Positions 41,801-55,621 of a stretch of DNA of 64,000 nucleotides are shown here, in pieces. Below the pieces are notes generated by a model, which was not told the DNA's origin, did not search any database, and worked only from the letters and a program-made list of their open reading frames with translations. The DNA is taken from positions 23,126,001 through 23,190,000 of the forward strand of contig OZ024741.1 of NCBI GenBank assembly GCA_964016885.1. The letters run 5' to 3'. Position 1 is the first letter of the stretch. Every line of letters starts with the position of its first letter. Origin of the DNA: Eledone cirrhosa. Its lineage: Eukaryota. The translations under genes were made by a program, and so were the position numbers.

Positions 41801-44800
41801 CTATAACCAAGACATTCTATCTAATACCTCAGTTTACCACCTCACTACTCTATAATCTCAAGACATTCAATCTAATACCCCAGTTTACCAACTCATTACT
41901 CTATAACCTCAAGACATTCTATCTAATACCCCAGTTTACCATCTCACTCCTCTATAACCAAGACATTCTATCTCATACCCCACTTTACCACCTCACTACT
42001 CTATAACCTGAAGACATTCTATCTAATACCCCAGTTTACCACCTCACTACTCTATAACCAAGACCTATCTAATACCCCAGTTTACCACCTCACTACTCTA
42101 TAACCTCAAGATATTTTATTTAATACCCCAGTTTACCACCTCACTACTCTATAACCAAGACATTCTATCTAATACCTCAGTTTAACACCTCACTACTCTA
42201 TAACCAAGACATTCTATCTAATACCTTGGTTTACCACCACACTACTCTATAACCTCAAGACATTCTATCTAATACCCCAGTTTATCACCTCTCTACTCTA
42301 TAACCAAGACCTATCTAATACCCCAGTTTACCACCTCACTACTCTATAACCTCAAGACATTCTATCTAATACCCCAGTTTATCACCTCACTACTCTATAA
42401 CCAAGACCTATCTAATACCCCAGTTTACCACCTCACTACTCTATAACCTGAAGACATTCTATCTAATACCCCAGTTTACCACCTCACTACCCTATAACCA
42501 AGACATTCAATCTAATACCCCAATTTACCACCTCACTACTCTATAACCATGACATTCTATCTAATACCCCAGTTTACCACCTCACTACTCTATAACCTCA
42601 AGACATTCTATCTAATACCCCAGTTTACCACCTCACTACTCTATAACCTCAAGACATTCTATTTAATACCCCAGTTTACCACCTCACTACTCTATAACCT
42701 CAAGACATTCTATCTAATACCCCAGTTTACCACCTCACTACTCTATAACCTCAAGACATTCTATCTAATACCCCAGTTTACCACCTCACTACTCTATAAC
42801 CAAGACATTCTATCTAATACCTTGGTTTACAACCACACTACTCTATAACCTCAAGACATTCTAGCTATTACGCCAGTTTACCAGCTCACTACTCTATAAC
42901 CTCAAGACATTCTACCTAATATCTCAGTTTACCACCTCACTACTCTATAACCAAGACATTCTATCTAATACCTCAGTTTAACACCTCACTACTCTATAAC
43001 CTCAAGACATTCAATCTAATACCCCAGTTTACCAACTCATTACTCTATAACCTCAAGACATTCTATCTAATACCCCAGTTTACCATCTCACTCCTCTATA
43101 ACCAAGACATTCTATCTCATACCCCACTTTACCACCTCACTACTCTATAACCAAGACATTCTATCTAATACCCCAGTTTACCACCTCACTACTCTATAAC
43201 CAAGACCTATCTAATACCCCAGTTTACCACTTCACTACTCTATAACCAAGACATTCTATCTAATATCTCAGTTTACCACCTCACTACTCTAGAATCTCAA
43301 GATATTCTATCTAATACCTCAGTTTACCACCTCACTACTCTAGAACCTCAAGATATTCTATCTAATACCTCAGTTTACCACCTCACTACTCTATAACCAA
43401 GACATTCTATCTAATAACTCAGTTTACCACCTCACTACTCTATAACCTCAAGCCATTCTATCTAATACCCCAGTTTACCACCTCACTACTCTATAACCTC
43501 AAATCATTCTATCTAATACCCCAATTTACCACCTCACTACTCTATAACCTCAAGACATTCTATCTAATACCCCAGTTTACCACCTCACTACTCTATAACC
43601 TCAAGACATTCTATCTAATACCCCAGTTTACCACCTTACTACTCTATAACCTCAAGACATTCTATCTAATATCCCAGTTTACCACCTCACTACCCTATAA
43701 CCAAGACATTCTATCTAATACCCCAGTTTACCACCGTACTACTTATAACCAAGACATTCTATCTAATACCTCAGTTTACCACCTCACTACTCTATAACCT
43801 CAAATCATTCTATCTAATACCCCAGTTTACCACCTCACTACACTATAACGTCAAGACATTCTATCTAATATCTCAGTTTACCACCTCACTACTCTATAAC
43901 CAAGACATTCTATCTAATAACTCAGTTTACCACCTCACTACTCTATAACCTCAAGACATTCTATCTAATACCCCAGTTTACCACCTCACTACTCTATAAC
44001 CTCAAGACATTCTATCTAATACCCCAGTTTACCACCTCACTACTCTATAACCAAGACATTCTATCTAATACCCCAGTTTACCACCTTACTACTCTATAAC
44101 CTCAAGACATTCTATCTAATACCCCAGTTTACCACCTCACTACTCTATAACCAAGACATTCTATCTAATACCCCAGTTTACCACCTCACTACTCTATAAC
44201 CAAGACATTCTATCTAATACCTCAGTTTAACACCTCACTACTCTATAACCTCAAGACATTCTATCCAATACCCCAGTTTACCACCTCACTACTCTATAAC
44301 CAAGACATTCTCTCTAATACCCCAGTTTACCACCGCACTACTCTATACCCAAGACATTCTATCTAATACCCCAGTTTACCACCTCACTACTCTATAACCT
44401 CAAGATATTCTATTTAATACCCCAGTTTACCACCTCACTACTCTATAACCAAGACATTCTATCTAATACCTCAGTTTACCACCTCACTACTCTATAACCA
44501 AGACATTCAATCTTATACCTCAGTTTAACACCTCACTACTCTATAACCTCAAGACAATCTATCTAATACCTCAGTTTACCACCTCACTACTCTAAAACCT
44601 TAAGATATTCTATCTAATACCCCAGTTTACCACCTCACTACTCTATAACCTCAAGACATTATATCAATACCCCAGTTAACCACCTCACTACTCTATAAGC
44701 AAGATACTCTATCTAATACTCCAGTATCCCACCTCACTACTCTATAACCAAGACATTCTATCTAATACGCCAGTTTACCACCTCACTACTCTATAACCTG

Positions 44801-47800
44801 AAGACATTCTATCTAATACCCCAGTTTACCACCTCACTACTCTATAACCTCAAGACATTCTATCTAATACCCCAGTTTACCACCTCACTACTCTATAACC
44901 TCAAGACATTCTATCTAATACCCCAGTTTACCACCTCACTACTCTATAACCAAGACATTCTATCTAATACCCCAGTTTACCACCTCACTACTCTATAAGC
45001 TCAAGATTTTCTATTTAATACCCCAGTTTACCACCTCACTACTCTATAACCAAGACATTCTATCTAATACCTCAGTTTACCACCTCACTACTCTATAACC
45101 TCAAGATATTCGATCTAATACCTCAGTTTACCACCTCACTACTCTATAACCTCAAGATATTCTATCTAATACCCCAGTTTACCACCTCACTACTCTATAA
45201 CCAAGACATTCTATCTAATACCCCAGTTTACATCCTCACTACTCTATAACCAAGACATTCTATTTAATACCCCAGTTTACCACCTCACTACTCTATAACC
45301 TCAAGACATTATATCTAATACCCCAGTTTACCACCTCACTACTCTATAACCTCAAGACATTCTATCTAATACCCCACTTTACCACCTCACTACTCTATAA
45401 CCTCAAGACATTCTATCTAATACCCCAGTTTACCACCTCACTACTCTATAACCAAGACATTCTATCTAATACCTTGGTTTACCACCACACTACTCTATAA
45501 CCTCAAGACATTCTAGCTATTACGCCAGTTTACCAGCTCACTACTCTATAACCTCAAGACATTCTACCTAATATCTCAGTTTACCACCTCACTACTCTAT
45601 AACCAAGACATTCTATCTAATACCTCAGTTTACCACCTCACTACTCTATAATCTCAAGACATTCAATCTAATACCCCAGTTTACCAACTCATTACTCTAT
45701 AACCTCAAGACATTCTATCTAATACCCCAGTTTACCATCTCACTCCTCTATAACCAAGACATTCTATCTCATACCCCACTTTACCACCTCACTACTCTAT
45801 AACCTGAAGACATTCTATCTAATACCCCAGTTTACCACCTCACTACTCTATAACCAAGACCTATCTAATACCCCAGTTTACCACCTCACTACTCTATAAC
45901 CTCAAGATATTTTATTTAATACCCCAGTTTACCACCTCACTACTCTATAACCAAGACATTCTATCTAATACCTCAGTTTAACACCTCACTACTCTATAAC
46001 CAAGACATTCTATCTAATACCTTGGTTTACCACCACACTACTCTATAACCTCAAGACATTCTATCTAATACCCCAGTTTATCACCTCTCTACTCTATAAC
46101 CAAGACCTATCTAATACCCCAGTTTACCACCTCACTACTCTATAACCTCAAGACATTCTATCTAATACCCCAGTTTATCACCTCACTACTCTATAACCAA
46201 GACCTATCTAATACCCCAGTTTACCACCTCACTACTCTATAACCTGAAGACATTCTATCTAATACCCCAGTTTACCACCTCACTACCCTATAACCAAGAC
46301 ATTCAATCTAATACCCCAATTTACCACCTCACTACTCTATAACCATGACATTCTATCTAATACCCCAGTTTACCACCTCACTACTCTATAACCTCAAGAC
46401 ATTCTATCTAATACCCCAGTTTACCACCTCACTACTCTATAACCTCAAGACATTCTATTTAATACCCCAGTTTACCACCTCACTACTCTATAACCTCAAG
46501 ACATTCTATCTAATACCCCAGTTTACCACCTCACTACTCTATAACCTCAAGACATTCTATCTAATACCCCAGTTTACCACCTCACTACTCTATAACCAAG
46601 ACATTCTATCTAATACCTTGGTTTACAACCACACTACTCTATAACCTCAAGACATTCTAGCTATTACGCCAGTTTACCAGCTCACTACTCTATAACCTCA
46701 AGACATTCTACCTAATATCTCAGTTTACCACCTCACTACTCTATAACCAAGACATTCTATCTAATACCTCAGTTTAACACCTCACTACTCTATAACCTCA
46801 AGACATTCAATCTAATACCCCAGTTTACCAACTCATTACTCTATAACCTCAAGACATTCTATCTAATACCCCAGTTTACCATCTCACTCCTCTATAACCA
46901 AGACATTCTATCTCATACCCCACTTTACCACCTCACTACTCTATAACCAAGACATTCTATCTAATACCCCAGTTTACCACCTCACTACTCTATAACCAAG
47001 ACCTATCTAATACCCCAGTTTACCACTTCACTACTCTATAACCAAGACATTCTATCTAATATCTCAGTTTACCACCTCACTACTCTAGAATCTCAAGATA
47101 TTCTATCTAATACCTCAGTTTACCACCTCACTACTCTAGAACCTCAAGATATTCTATCTAATACCTCAGTTTACCACCTCACTACTCTATAACCAAGACA
47201 TTCTATCTAATAACTCAGTTTACCACCTCACTACTCTATAACCTCAAGCCATTCTATCTAATACCCCAGTTTACCACCTCACTACTCTATAACCTCAAAT
47301 CATTCTATCTAATACCCCAATTTACCACCTCACTACTCTATAACCTCAAGACATTCTATCTAATACCCCAGTTTACCACCTCACTACTCTATAACCTCAA
47401 GACATTCTATCTAATACCCCAGTTTACCACCTTACTACTCTATAACCTCAAGACATTCTATCTAATATCCCAGTTTACCACCTCACTACCCTATAACCAA
47501 GACATTCTATCTAATACCCCAGTTTACCACCGTACTACTTATAACCAAGACATTCTATCTAATACCTCAGTTTACCACCTCACTACTCTATAACCTCAAA
47601 TCATTCTATCTAATACCCCAGTTTACCACCTCACTACACTATAACGTCAAGACATTCTATCTAATATCTCAGTTTACCACCTCACTACTCTATAACCAAG
47701 ACATTCTATCTAATAACTCAGTTTACCACCTCACTACTCTATAACCTCAAGACATTCTATCTAATACCCCAGTTTACCACCTCACTACTCTATAACCTCA

Positions 47801-50800
47801 AGACATTCTATCTAATACCCCAGTTTACCACCTCACTACTCTATAACCAAGACATTCTATCTAATACCCCAGTTTACCACCTTACTACTCTATAACCTCA
47901 AGACATTCTATCTAATACCCCAGTTTACCACCTCACTACTCTATAACCAAGACATTCTATCTAATACCCCAGTTTACCACCTCACTACTCTATAACCAAG
48001 ACATTCTATCTAATACCTCAGTTTAACACCTCACTACTCTATAACCTCAAGACATTCTATCCAATACCCCAGTTTACCACCTCACTACTCTATAACCAAG
48101 ACATTCTCTCTAATACCCCAGTTTACCACCGCACTACTCTATACCCAAGACATTCTATCTAATACCCCAGTTTACCACCTCACTACTCTATAACCTCAAG
48201 ATATTCTATTTAATACCCCAGTTTACCACCTCACTACTCTATAACCAAGACATTCTATCTAATACCTCAGTTTACCACCTCACTACTCTATAACCAAGAC
48301 ATTCTATCTAATACCCCAGTTTACCTCACTACTCTATAACCAAGACATTCTATTTAATACCCCAGTTTACCACCTCACTACTCTATAACCAAGACATTCT
48401 ATCTAATACCCTAGTTTACCACCTCACTACTCTATAACCAAGACATTCAATCTTATACCTCAGTTTAACACCTCACTACTCTATAACCTCAAGACATTCT
48501 ATCTAATACCTGAGTTTACCACCTCACTACTCTAAAACCTTAAGATATTCTATTTAATACCCCAGTTTACCACCTCACTACTCTATAACCAAGACATTCT
48601 ATCTAATACCCCAGTTTACCACCTCACTACTCTATAACCAAGACATTCTATCTAATACCCCAGTTTACCTCACTACTCTATAACCAAGACATTCTATTTA
48701 ATACCCCAGTTTACCACCTCACTACTCTATAACCTCAAGACATTATATCTAATACCCCAGTTTACCACCTCACTACTCTATAACCTCAAGACATTCTATC
48801 TAATACCCCAGTTTACCACCTCACTACTCTATAACCTCAAGACATTCTATCTAATACCCCAGTTTACCACCGCACTACTCTATAACCTCAAGACATTCTA
48901 TCTAATACCCCAGTTTATCACCTCACTACTCTATAACCAAGACATTCAATCTTATACCTCAGTTTACCACCTTACTACTCTATAACCTCAAGACATTCTA
49001 TCTAATATCTCAGTTTACCACCTCACTACTCTATAACCAAGACATTCTATCTAATACCCCAGTTTACCACCTCACTACTCTATAACCAAGACATTCAATC
49101 TTATACCTCAGTTTAACACCTCACTACTCTATAACCTCAAGACATTCTATTTAATACCCCAGTTTACCACCTCACTACTCTATAACCAAGACATTCTATC
49201 TAATACCCCAGTTTACCACCTCACTACTCTATAACCAAGACATTCAATCTTATACCTCAGTTTAACACCTCACTACTCTATAACCTCAAGACATTCTATC
49301 TAATACCTGAGTTTACCACCTCACTACTCTAAAACCTTAAGATATTCTATTTAATACCCCAGTTTACCACCTCACTACTCTATAACCAAGACATTCTATC
49401 TAATACCCCAGTTTACCACCTCACTACTCTATAACCAAGACATTCTATCTAATACCCCAGTTTACCTCACTACTCTATAACCAAGACATTCTATTTAATA
49501 CCCCAGTTTACCACCTCACTACTCTATAACCTCAAGACATTATATCTAATACCCCAGTTTACCACCTCACTACTCTATAACCTCAAGACATTCTATCTAA
49601 TACCCCAGTTTACCACCTCACTACTCTATAACCTCAAGACATTCTATCTAATACCCCAGTTTACCACCGCACTACTCTATAACCTCAAGACATTCTATCT
49701 AATACCCCAGTTTATCACCTCACTACTCTATAACCAAGACATTCAATCTTATACCTCAGTTTACCACCTTACTACTCTATAACCTCAAGACATTCTATCT
49801 AATATCTCAGTTTACCACCTCACTACTCTATAACCAAGACATTCTATCTAATACCCCAGTTTACCACCTCACTACTCTATAACCAAGACATTCAATCTTA
49901 TACCTCAGTTTAACACCTCACTACTCTATAACCTCAAGACATTCTATTTAATACCCCAGTTTACCACCTCACTACTCTATAACCAAGACATTCTATCTAA
50001 TACCCCAGTTTACCACCTCACTACTCTATAACCAAGACATTCTATCTAATACCCCAGTTTACCACCTCACTACTCTATAAGCTCAAGATTTTCTATTTAA
50101 TACCCCAGTTTACCACCTCACTACTCTATAACCAAGACATTCTATCTAATACCTCAGTTTACCACCTCACTACTCTATAACCTCAAGACATTCGATCTAA
50201 TACCTCAGTTTACCACCTCACTACTCTATAACCTCAAGATATTCTATCTAATACCCCAGTTTACCACCTCACTACTCTATAACCAAGACATTCTATCTAA
50301 TACCCCAGTTTACCTCCTCACTACTCTATAACCAAGACATTCTATCTAATACCCCAGTTTACCACCTCACTACTCTATAACCTCAAGACATTCTATCTAA
50401 TACCCCAGTTTACCACCTCACTACTCTATAACCTCAAGACATTCTATCTAATACCTCAGTTTACCACCTCACTACTCTATAACCTCAAGACATTCTATCT
50501 AATACCCCAGTTTACCACCTCACTACTCTATAACCTCAAGACATTCTATCTAATACCCCAGTTTACCACCTCACTACTCTATAACCTCAAGACATTCTAT
50601 CTAATACCCCAGTTTATCACCTCACTACTCTATAACCAAGACATTCAATCTTATACCTCAGTTTACCACCTTACTACTCTATAACCTCAAGACATTCTAT
50701 CTAATATCTCAGTTTACCACCTCACTACTCTATAACCAAGACATTCTATCTAATACCTCAGTTTACCACCTCACTACTCTATAACCTTAAGACATTCTAT

Positions 50801-52592
50801 CTAATACCCCAGTTTACCACCTCACTACTCTATAACCTCAAGACATTCTAGCTATTACGCCAGTTTACCAGCTCACTACTCTATAACCTTAAGACATTCT
50901 ACCTAATACGCCAATTTACCACCTCACTACTCTATAACCAAGACATTCAATCTTATACCTCAGTTTACCACCTTACTACTCTATAACCTCAAGACATTCT
51001 ATCTAATACCTCAGTTTACCACCTCACTACTCTATAACCAAGACATTCTATCTAATACCCCAGTTTACCATCTCACTACTCTATAACCAAGACATTCTAT
51101 CTAATAACTCAGTTTACCACCTCACTACTCTATAACCTCAAGACATTCTATCTAATACCCCAGTTTACCATCTCGCTACTCTATAACCTCAAGACATTCT
51201 ATCTAATACCCCAGTTTACCACCTCACTACTCTATAACCTCAAGACATTCTATCTAATATCCCAGTTTACCACCTCACTACCCTATAACCAAGACATTCT
51301 ATCTAATACCCCAGTTTACCACCTTACTACTCTATAACCAAGACATTCTATCTAATACCTCAGTTTACCACCTCACTACTCTATAACCAAGACATTCTAT
51401 CTAATACCTCAGTTTACCACCTCACTACTCTATAACCTCAAGACATTCTATCTAATATCTCAGTTTACCACCTCACTACTCTATAACCAAGACATTCTAT
51501 CTAATAACTCAGTTTACCACCTCACTACTCTATAACCTCAAGACATTCTATCTAATACCCCAGTTTACCACCTCACTACTCTATAACCTTAAGACATTCT
51601 ACCTAATACCCCAATTTACCACCTCACTACTCTATAACCAAGACATTCTATCTAATACCCCAATTTACCACCTCACTACTCTATAACCAAGACATTCTAT
51701 CTAATACCCCAGTTTACCACCTCACTACTCTATAACCAAGACATTCAATCTTATACCTCAGTTTAACACCTCACTACTCTATAACCTCAAGACATTCTAT
51801 CTAATACCTCAGTTTACCACCTCACTACTCTATAACCAAGACATTCTATCTAATACCCCAGTTTACCACCTCACTACTCTATAACCAAGACATTCTATCT
51901 AATACCCCAGTTTACCACCTCACTACTCTATAACCAAGACATTCTATTTAATACCCCAGTTTACCACCTCACTACTCTATAACCTCAAGACATTATGTCT
52001 AATACCCCAGTTTACCACCTCACTACTCTATAACCTCAAGACATTCTATCTAATACCCCAGTTTACCACCTCACTACTCTATAACCTCAAGACATTCTAT
52101 CTAATACCTCAGTTTAACACCTCACTACTCTATAACCTCAAGACATTCTATCTAATACCCCAGTTTACCACCTCACTACTCTATAACCAAGACATTCTAT
52201 CTAATACCCCAGTTTACCACCTCACTACTCTATAACCAAGACATTCTATCTAATACCTCAGTTTAACACCTCACTACTCTATAACCAAGACATTCTATTT
52301 AATACCCCAGTTTACCACCTCACTACTCTATAACCTCAAAACATTCTATCTAATACCCCAGTTTACCACCTCACTACTCTATAACCTCAAGACATTCTAT
52401 CTAATACCCCAGTTTACCACCTCACTACTCTATAACCTCAAGACATACTATCTAATACCCCAGTTTACCACCTCATTACTCTATAACCTCAAGACATTCT
52501 ATCTAATACCCCAGTTTACCACCTCACTACTCTATAACCTCAAGACATTCTATCTAATACCCCAGTATACCACCTCACTACTCTATAAAGAC
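11831..52592. repeat. Satellite array of 49/51-bp monomers, about 40.8 kb and roughly 810-820 units
   Basis: The consensus (ct)caagacattctatctaataccccagtttaccacctcactactctataac is head-to-tail throughout, with no interruption seen. Unit count is length divided by about 50. Confidence 0.99.
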
Positions 52593-52785
52593 GTTGTGCA
52601 GATGAAATAACTCATCTTCTATAATAAAATTGTAAATATTGGAGCAAATTAAATTCCTTTTTTTAATCTTGTTTTTTTTTCATATCAAAAGTGAAAGTAA
52701 ATAGAAAACTTGTGACATGACAAGACTTGTAATAAACTGTTATACAACTAGTATTTGTAATTGATTTGTTAAATTATCAGTATTA

Positions 52786-53020
52786 GTGCTGGTGGTGGTG
52801 ATGGTGGTGGTGATGGTAGTAGTGGTAGTAACAGCAACGGTGGTGGTAGTGGTAGCAGTAGTGGTGGTGGTAGTAGTAGTAGTAGTTGTAGCAGTGATGG
52901 TGATAGTAGTGGTAGTAGTAGTGGTGCTAGTCGTAGTTGTAGCAGTGGTGGTGGTGGTAGCAGTAGTAGTAGTAGCAGCAGTAACAACAGCAGCAGCAGT
53001 GGTACAAGTAGTAGTGGTCA
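52786..53020. repeat. Mixed (GTG/GTA/GCA)n trinucleotide microsatellite
   Basis: Directly visible; source of the poly-V, poly-T and poly-L ORFs. Confidence 0.93.
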
Positions 53021-53550
53021 CCAACTACTAAATAGATCTAAATCTCCAGTTGTAAGAGTATTTCTGACATTAGATAAACAACATTAAAATATCTCCTTAT
53101 CATAACCTCTTCAGTTACATGTTAGGCATCTGGTAACACTAAACATGTATTTTGTATATATTTTTAAATTTCAATGTTTTTTTTTAAGAAGGAGGGGGAT
53201 GAATGTGTCAATCTGTAAGGGTTCAAGTTTGTATATATGAATTTTTTTTCTAAAAATTATTCAAGATACATAGATAAATCTAATTTTAAATTAAAAATAA
53301 AAACAACTCTAAATGAAGTTGATTTAAACAATTTCCCACAATAGCTAAAATTGTTTTTCTTGCTGAGGCACCACAAGACAAGAAATTTAATCTAACCAAA
53401 TAGAATTATTTTAATTTATTTTAACCTATGAGAAATGAAAGGCTGTCAACTCTAACAGATTGAATTAAAAGAAACCAAAGAAAACTGTTATAGAGCTATT
53501 ATCAAGTACTTACTACCATACTGTTTTATTTGGAGGCAACTGTATCACTA

Positions 53551-53878
53551 TTTTCTTCTTTGTCCACTTATTCCTGGCAGGAGCATGGGGACAGAGTCCT
53601 CATACACTCCTTGGTTGGTTTTTGCCCATAAAATCTGTCCAGCGATCCTTTCCTGAGACATTCTAACCACATGCCCATAGTATTGGAGCTGTGATCTCTC
53701 AATTCTGAGAAATAGCAGCTCAACCTGGAGTGACTGATCTCCAAACTATGCGCTCTATCAAGTAAGGTTATTTCAGAGCCCTTCATAAGAACTCCATTTT
53801 CGCGGCTTGTATTCACATTCGTATTCTTTTGGTCATTACCCAAGATTCATGACCATAGGTAAGGGTTGGCACAAATAC
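53551..53878 (-). mobile_element. RTE family-A 3' fragment with an internal deletion
   Basis: The reverse complement aligns to about 815-1223. The translation MGMWLECLRK.SLDRFY is shared with the ORF at 999. Ends taagtggacaaagaagaaaa. Confidence 0.88.
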
Positions 53879-54781
53879 TATTTTCAATATTTAAATTTTA
53901 AAATTTAATTAATATCAATGTATTAAAAGATTTTCTTAATGGAGTCAACAGTTTACAAATTAATTTTCATCTGAAGAAAGCCCCAAAATTATTTCAAAAT
54001 ATTAAATGAAAGATCAATCCTGTAAATAGGGAAAAGAAAAAGATCTACCAAATATACTCAAATAGAAGCCGAGAAATATGTCACTTAAAAAAAAAAAAAA
54101 AAAAAAAAATAATCAATGGTAAAATCGGAGTCGGCTTGTATTCGGGGTCAATATCTTAACGATTTTCACCAACTTTAAATTCTACGTAAATAAGGTGTTA
54201 AAATATCTGGAGTGATTATTTTTAAATGAAACAGTTTTTCTACATTTACTACATCGTCATGAGTTTTATTTATGAAAACATTCTCACAAAAGTTTTATTA
54301 TTCAAACTTTTAAATATATAAATATTCCCTCCACAAACGCATATGTCTACATAAATACATGTGTAATAAATAAGGTGTACCAACTCTTTTCTCTGTGGTA
54401 TAATTATACTTTTTCTTTCAATCTTGTTTTGCTTTATTTCGCTCTCTCTCTCTCACTCACACCTTTTCTCACTACCTCTCCTTTCTCTCTCTCTTGCTGT
54501 AAAAATATCTACCCAAAGCTTTAATACTTGTATAACATTAAATTGCTTCCATGTTTTTCATGGTACATATTTCATTTGATGTGTATATTGAATTTAAAAA
54601 AAATCTGTTGAATTCTGGAGATGGTGCTATCGTCTGCTTTAAAAAAAAAACCAAAACACTCCCAACATTTGAGTAGCCAGAAGTAAACAAAGTCAAGAAA
54701 ATTGAAACTTTATAAAACAAATGAAATGGTAAAAAAAGTCATTACATAGTGGATTTGTGAAACAAAAACTATACTTTAAAA

Positions 54782-54860
54782 CAGGCATGTCAAACTGAGG
54801 GTCTCCTGAGGGCTACATGGGTCACATATGTGTTGTCTGAGGGCCACACACGACAACTGA
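54782..54860. mobile_element. Possible hAT-type MITE left end
   Basis: Starts CAGGCATGTCAAACT, resembling hAT-Charlie TIRs. No matching right TIR or 8-bp TSD was established. Confidence 0.3.
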
Positions 54861-54984
54861 TTGCGCACATTACAACTAATTTTTTTTAAATTATATATTA
54901 CAAAGATAAAACATGTTCGCGGTGTAAAAACCTTTGTGCGAGCTGCAGGCAGCTGACGGTCCACATTTTGTTACCATAGTGTTA

Positions 54985-55128
54985 CGAATGGCATCCAGCC
55001 ATAGAAACCAAGCCAAAATACAGATCCATAAGAGCATGGTGTGGTCTCTGGACCTAACTTGTCTCATAACGTGATAACCAGTCTAACCCAAGCAAGCATG
55101 AAAAATGGAAGTTAAACAATGATGATGA
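54985..55128 (+). mobile_element. SINE-like element with a family-B tail
   Basis: ggcatccagccatagaaa...gcaagcatgaaaaatggaagttaaacaatgatgatg. Homologous to 11106-11285. Confidence 0.65.
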
Positions 55129-55523
55129 ACCACCCATTTTAAAGGTTTCCAACAATTTTATATAAGAACCTTACATTAAGTTACTATCTTAGTAATGAAA
55201 TAATTAATGATTTTAGTAAATCCCTCAAAATTCTTCATTAATCAAAATAGAGTTTATTTCATTAGAAATATGGTCATGACAGGGTTGAAAACATTCTGAA
55301 TATGTAAAGAAAATTTGAAGTAGGCCTGTCTTCTTTATTAAAATATTAGTTTACTATCTTCCAGACTTAAAGATTGACATGAGTCTCATTGATTGATGTG
55401 TTATGTTGACTGAATGTAGTCAGTCTGGTGTCTTTGGCCCTAGGACCACCTCCCTACTCATCACCATCAGCACAGAGTTACCCACAGGTGTGAGCCTTGC
55501 AAGCAGGAATGGCTCTTCCAACA

Positions 55524-55621
55524 CGTCTCCCTCACCAGCCTTCTCTATTCTGTCCGTGCTGCATGGACCCCCATTTGCTTATAATAGCGAGAGATGGGGA
55601 GAACAAGAGACAGCGGCAGTG
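55524..55621. repeat. Second copy of the 10937-11068 dispersed repeat
   Basis: cccccatttgcttataatagcgagagatggggagaa differs at 2 positions from the first copy. Confidence 0.75.

Noticed and set aside
20970-46644. ORFs with the 17-aa repeat KTFYLIPQFTTSLLYNL
   Set aside because: These arise from runs of 51-bp monomers; each 49-bp unit breaks the frame. There is no sign of coding constraint.
11831-52592. CRISPR-like array
   Set aside because: No unique spacers, no cas genes, and a eukaryotic context. The same applies to the 97-bp array.
52740-53031. Poly-Thr (mucin-like), poly-Val and poly-Leu ORFs
   Set aside because: Translations of a trinucleotide microsatellite.
54120-54150. Transposon-end-like motifs here and at about 1485-1507 and 56245-56263
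   Set aside because: Single unpaired ends with no partner TIR or TSD found.
54538-54720. Minus-strand 60-aa ORF as a terminal exon
   Set aside because: AT-rich, no recognisable homology, and an ambiguous acceptor.
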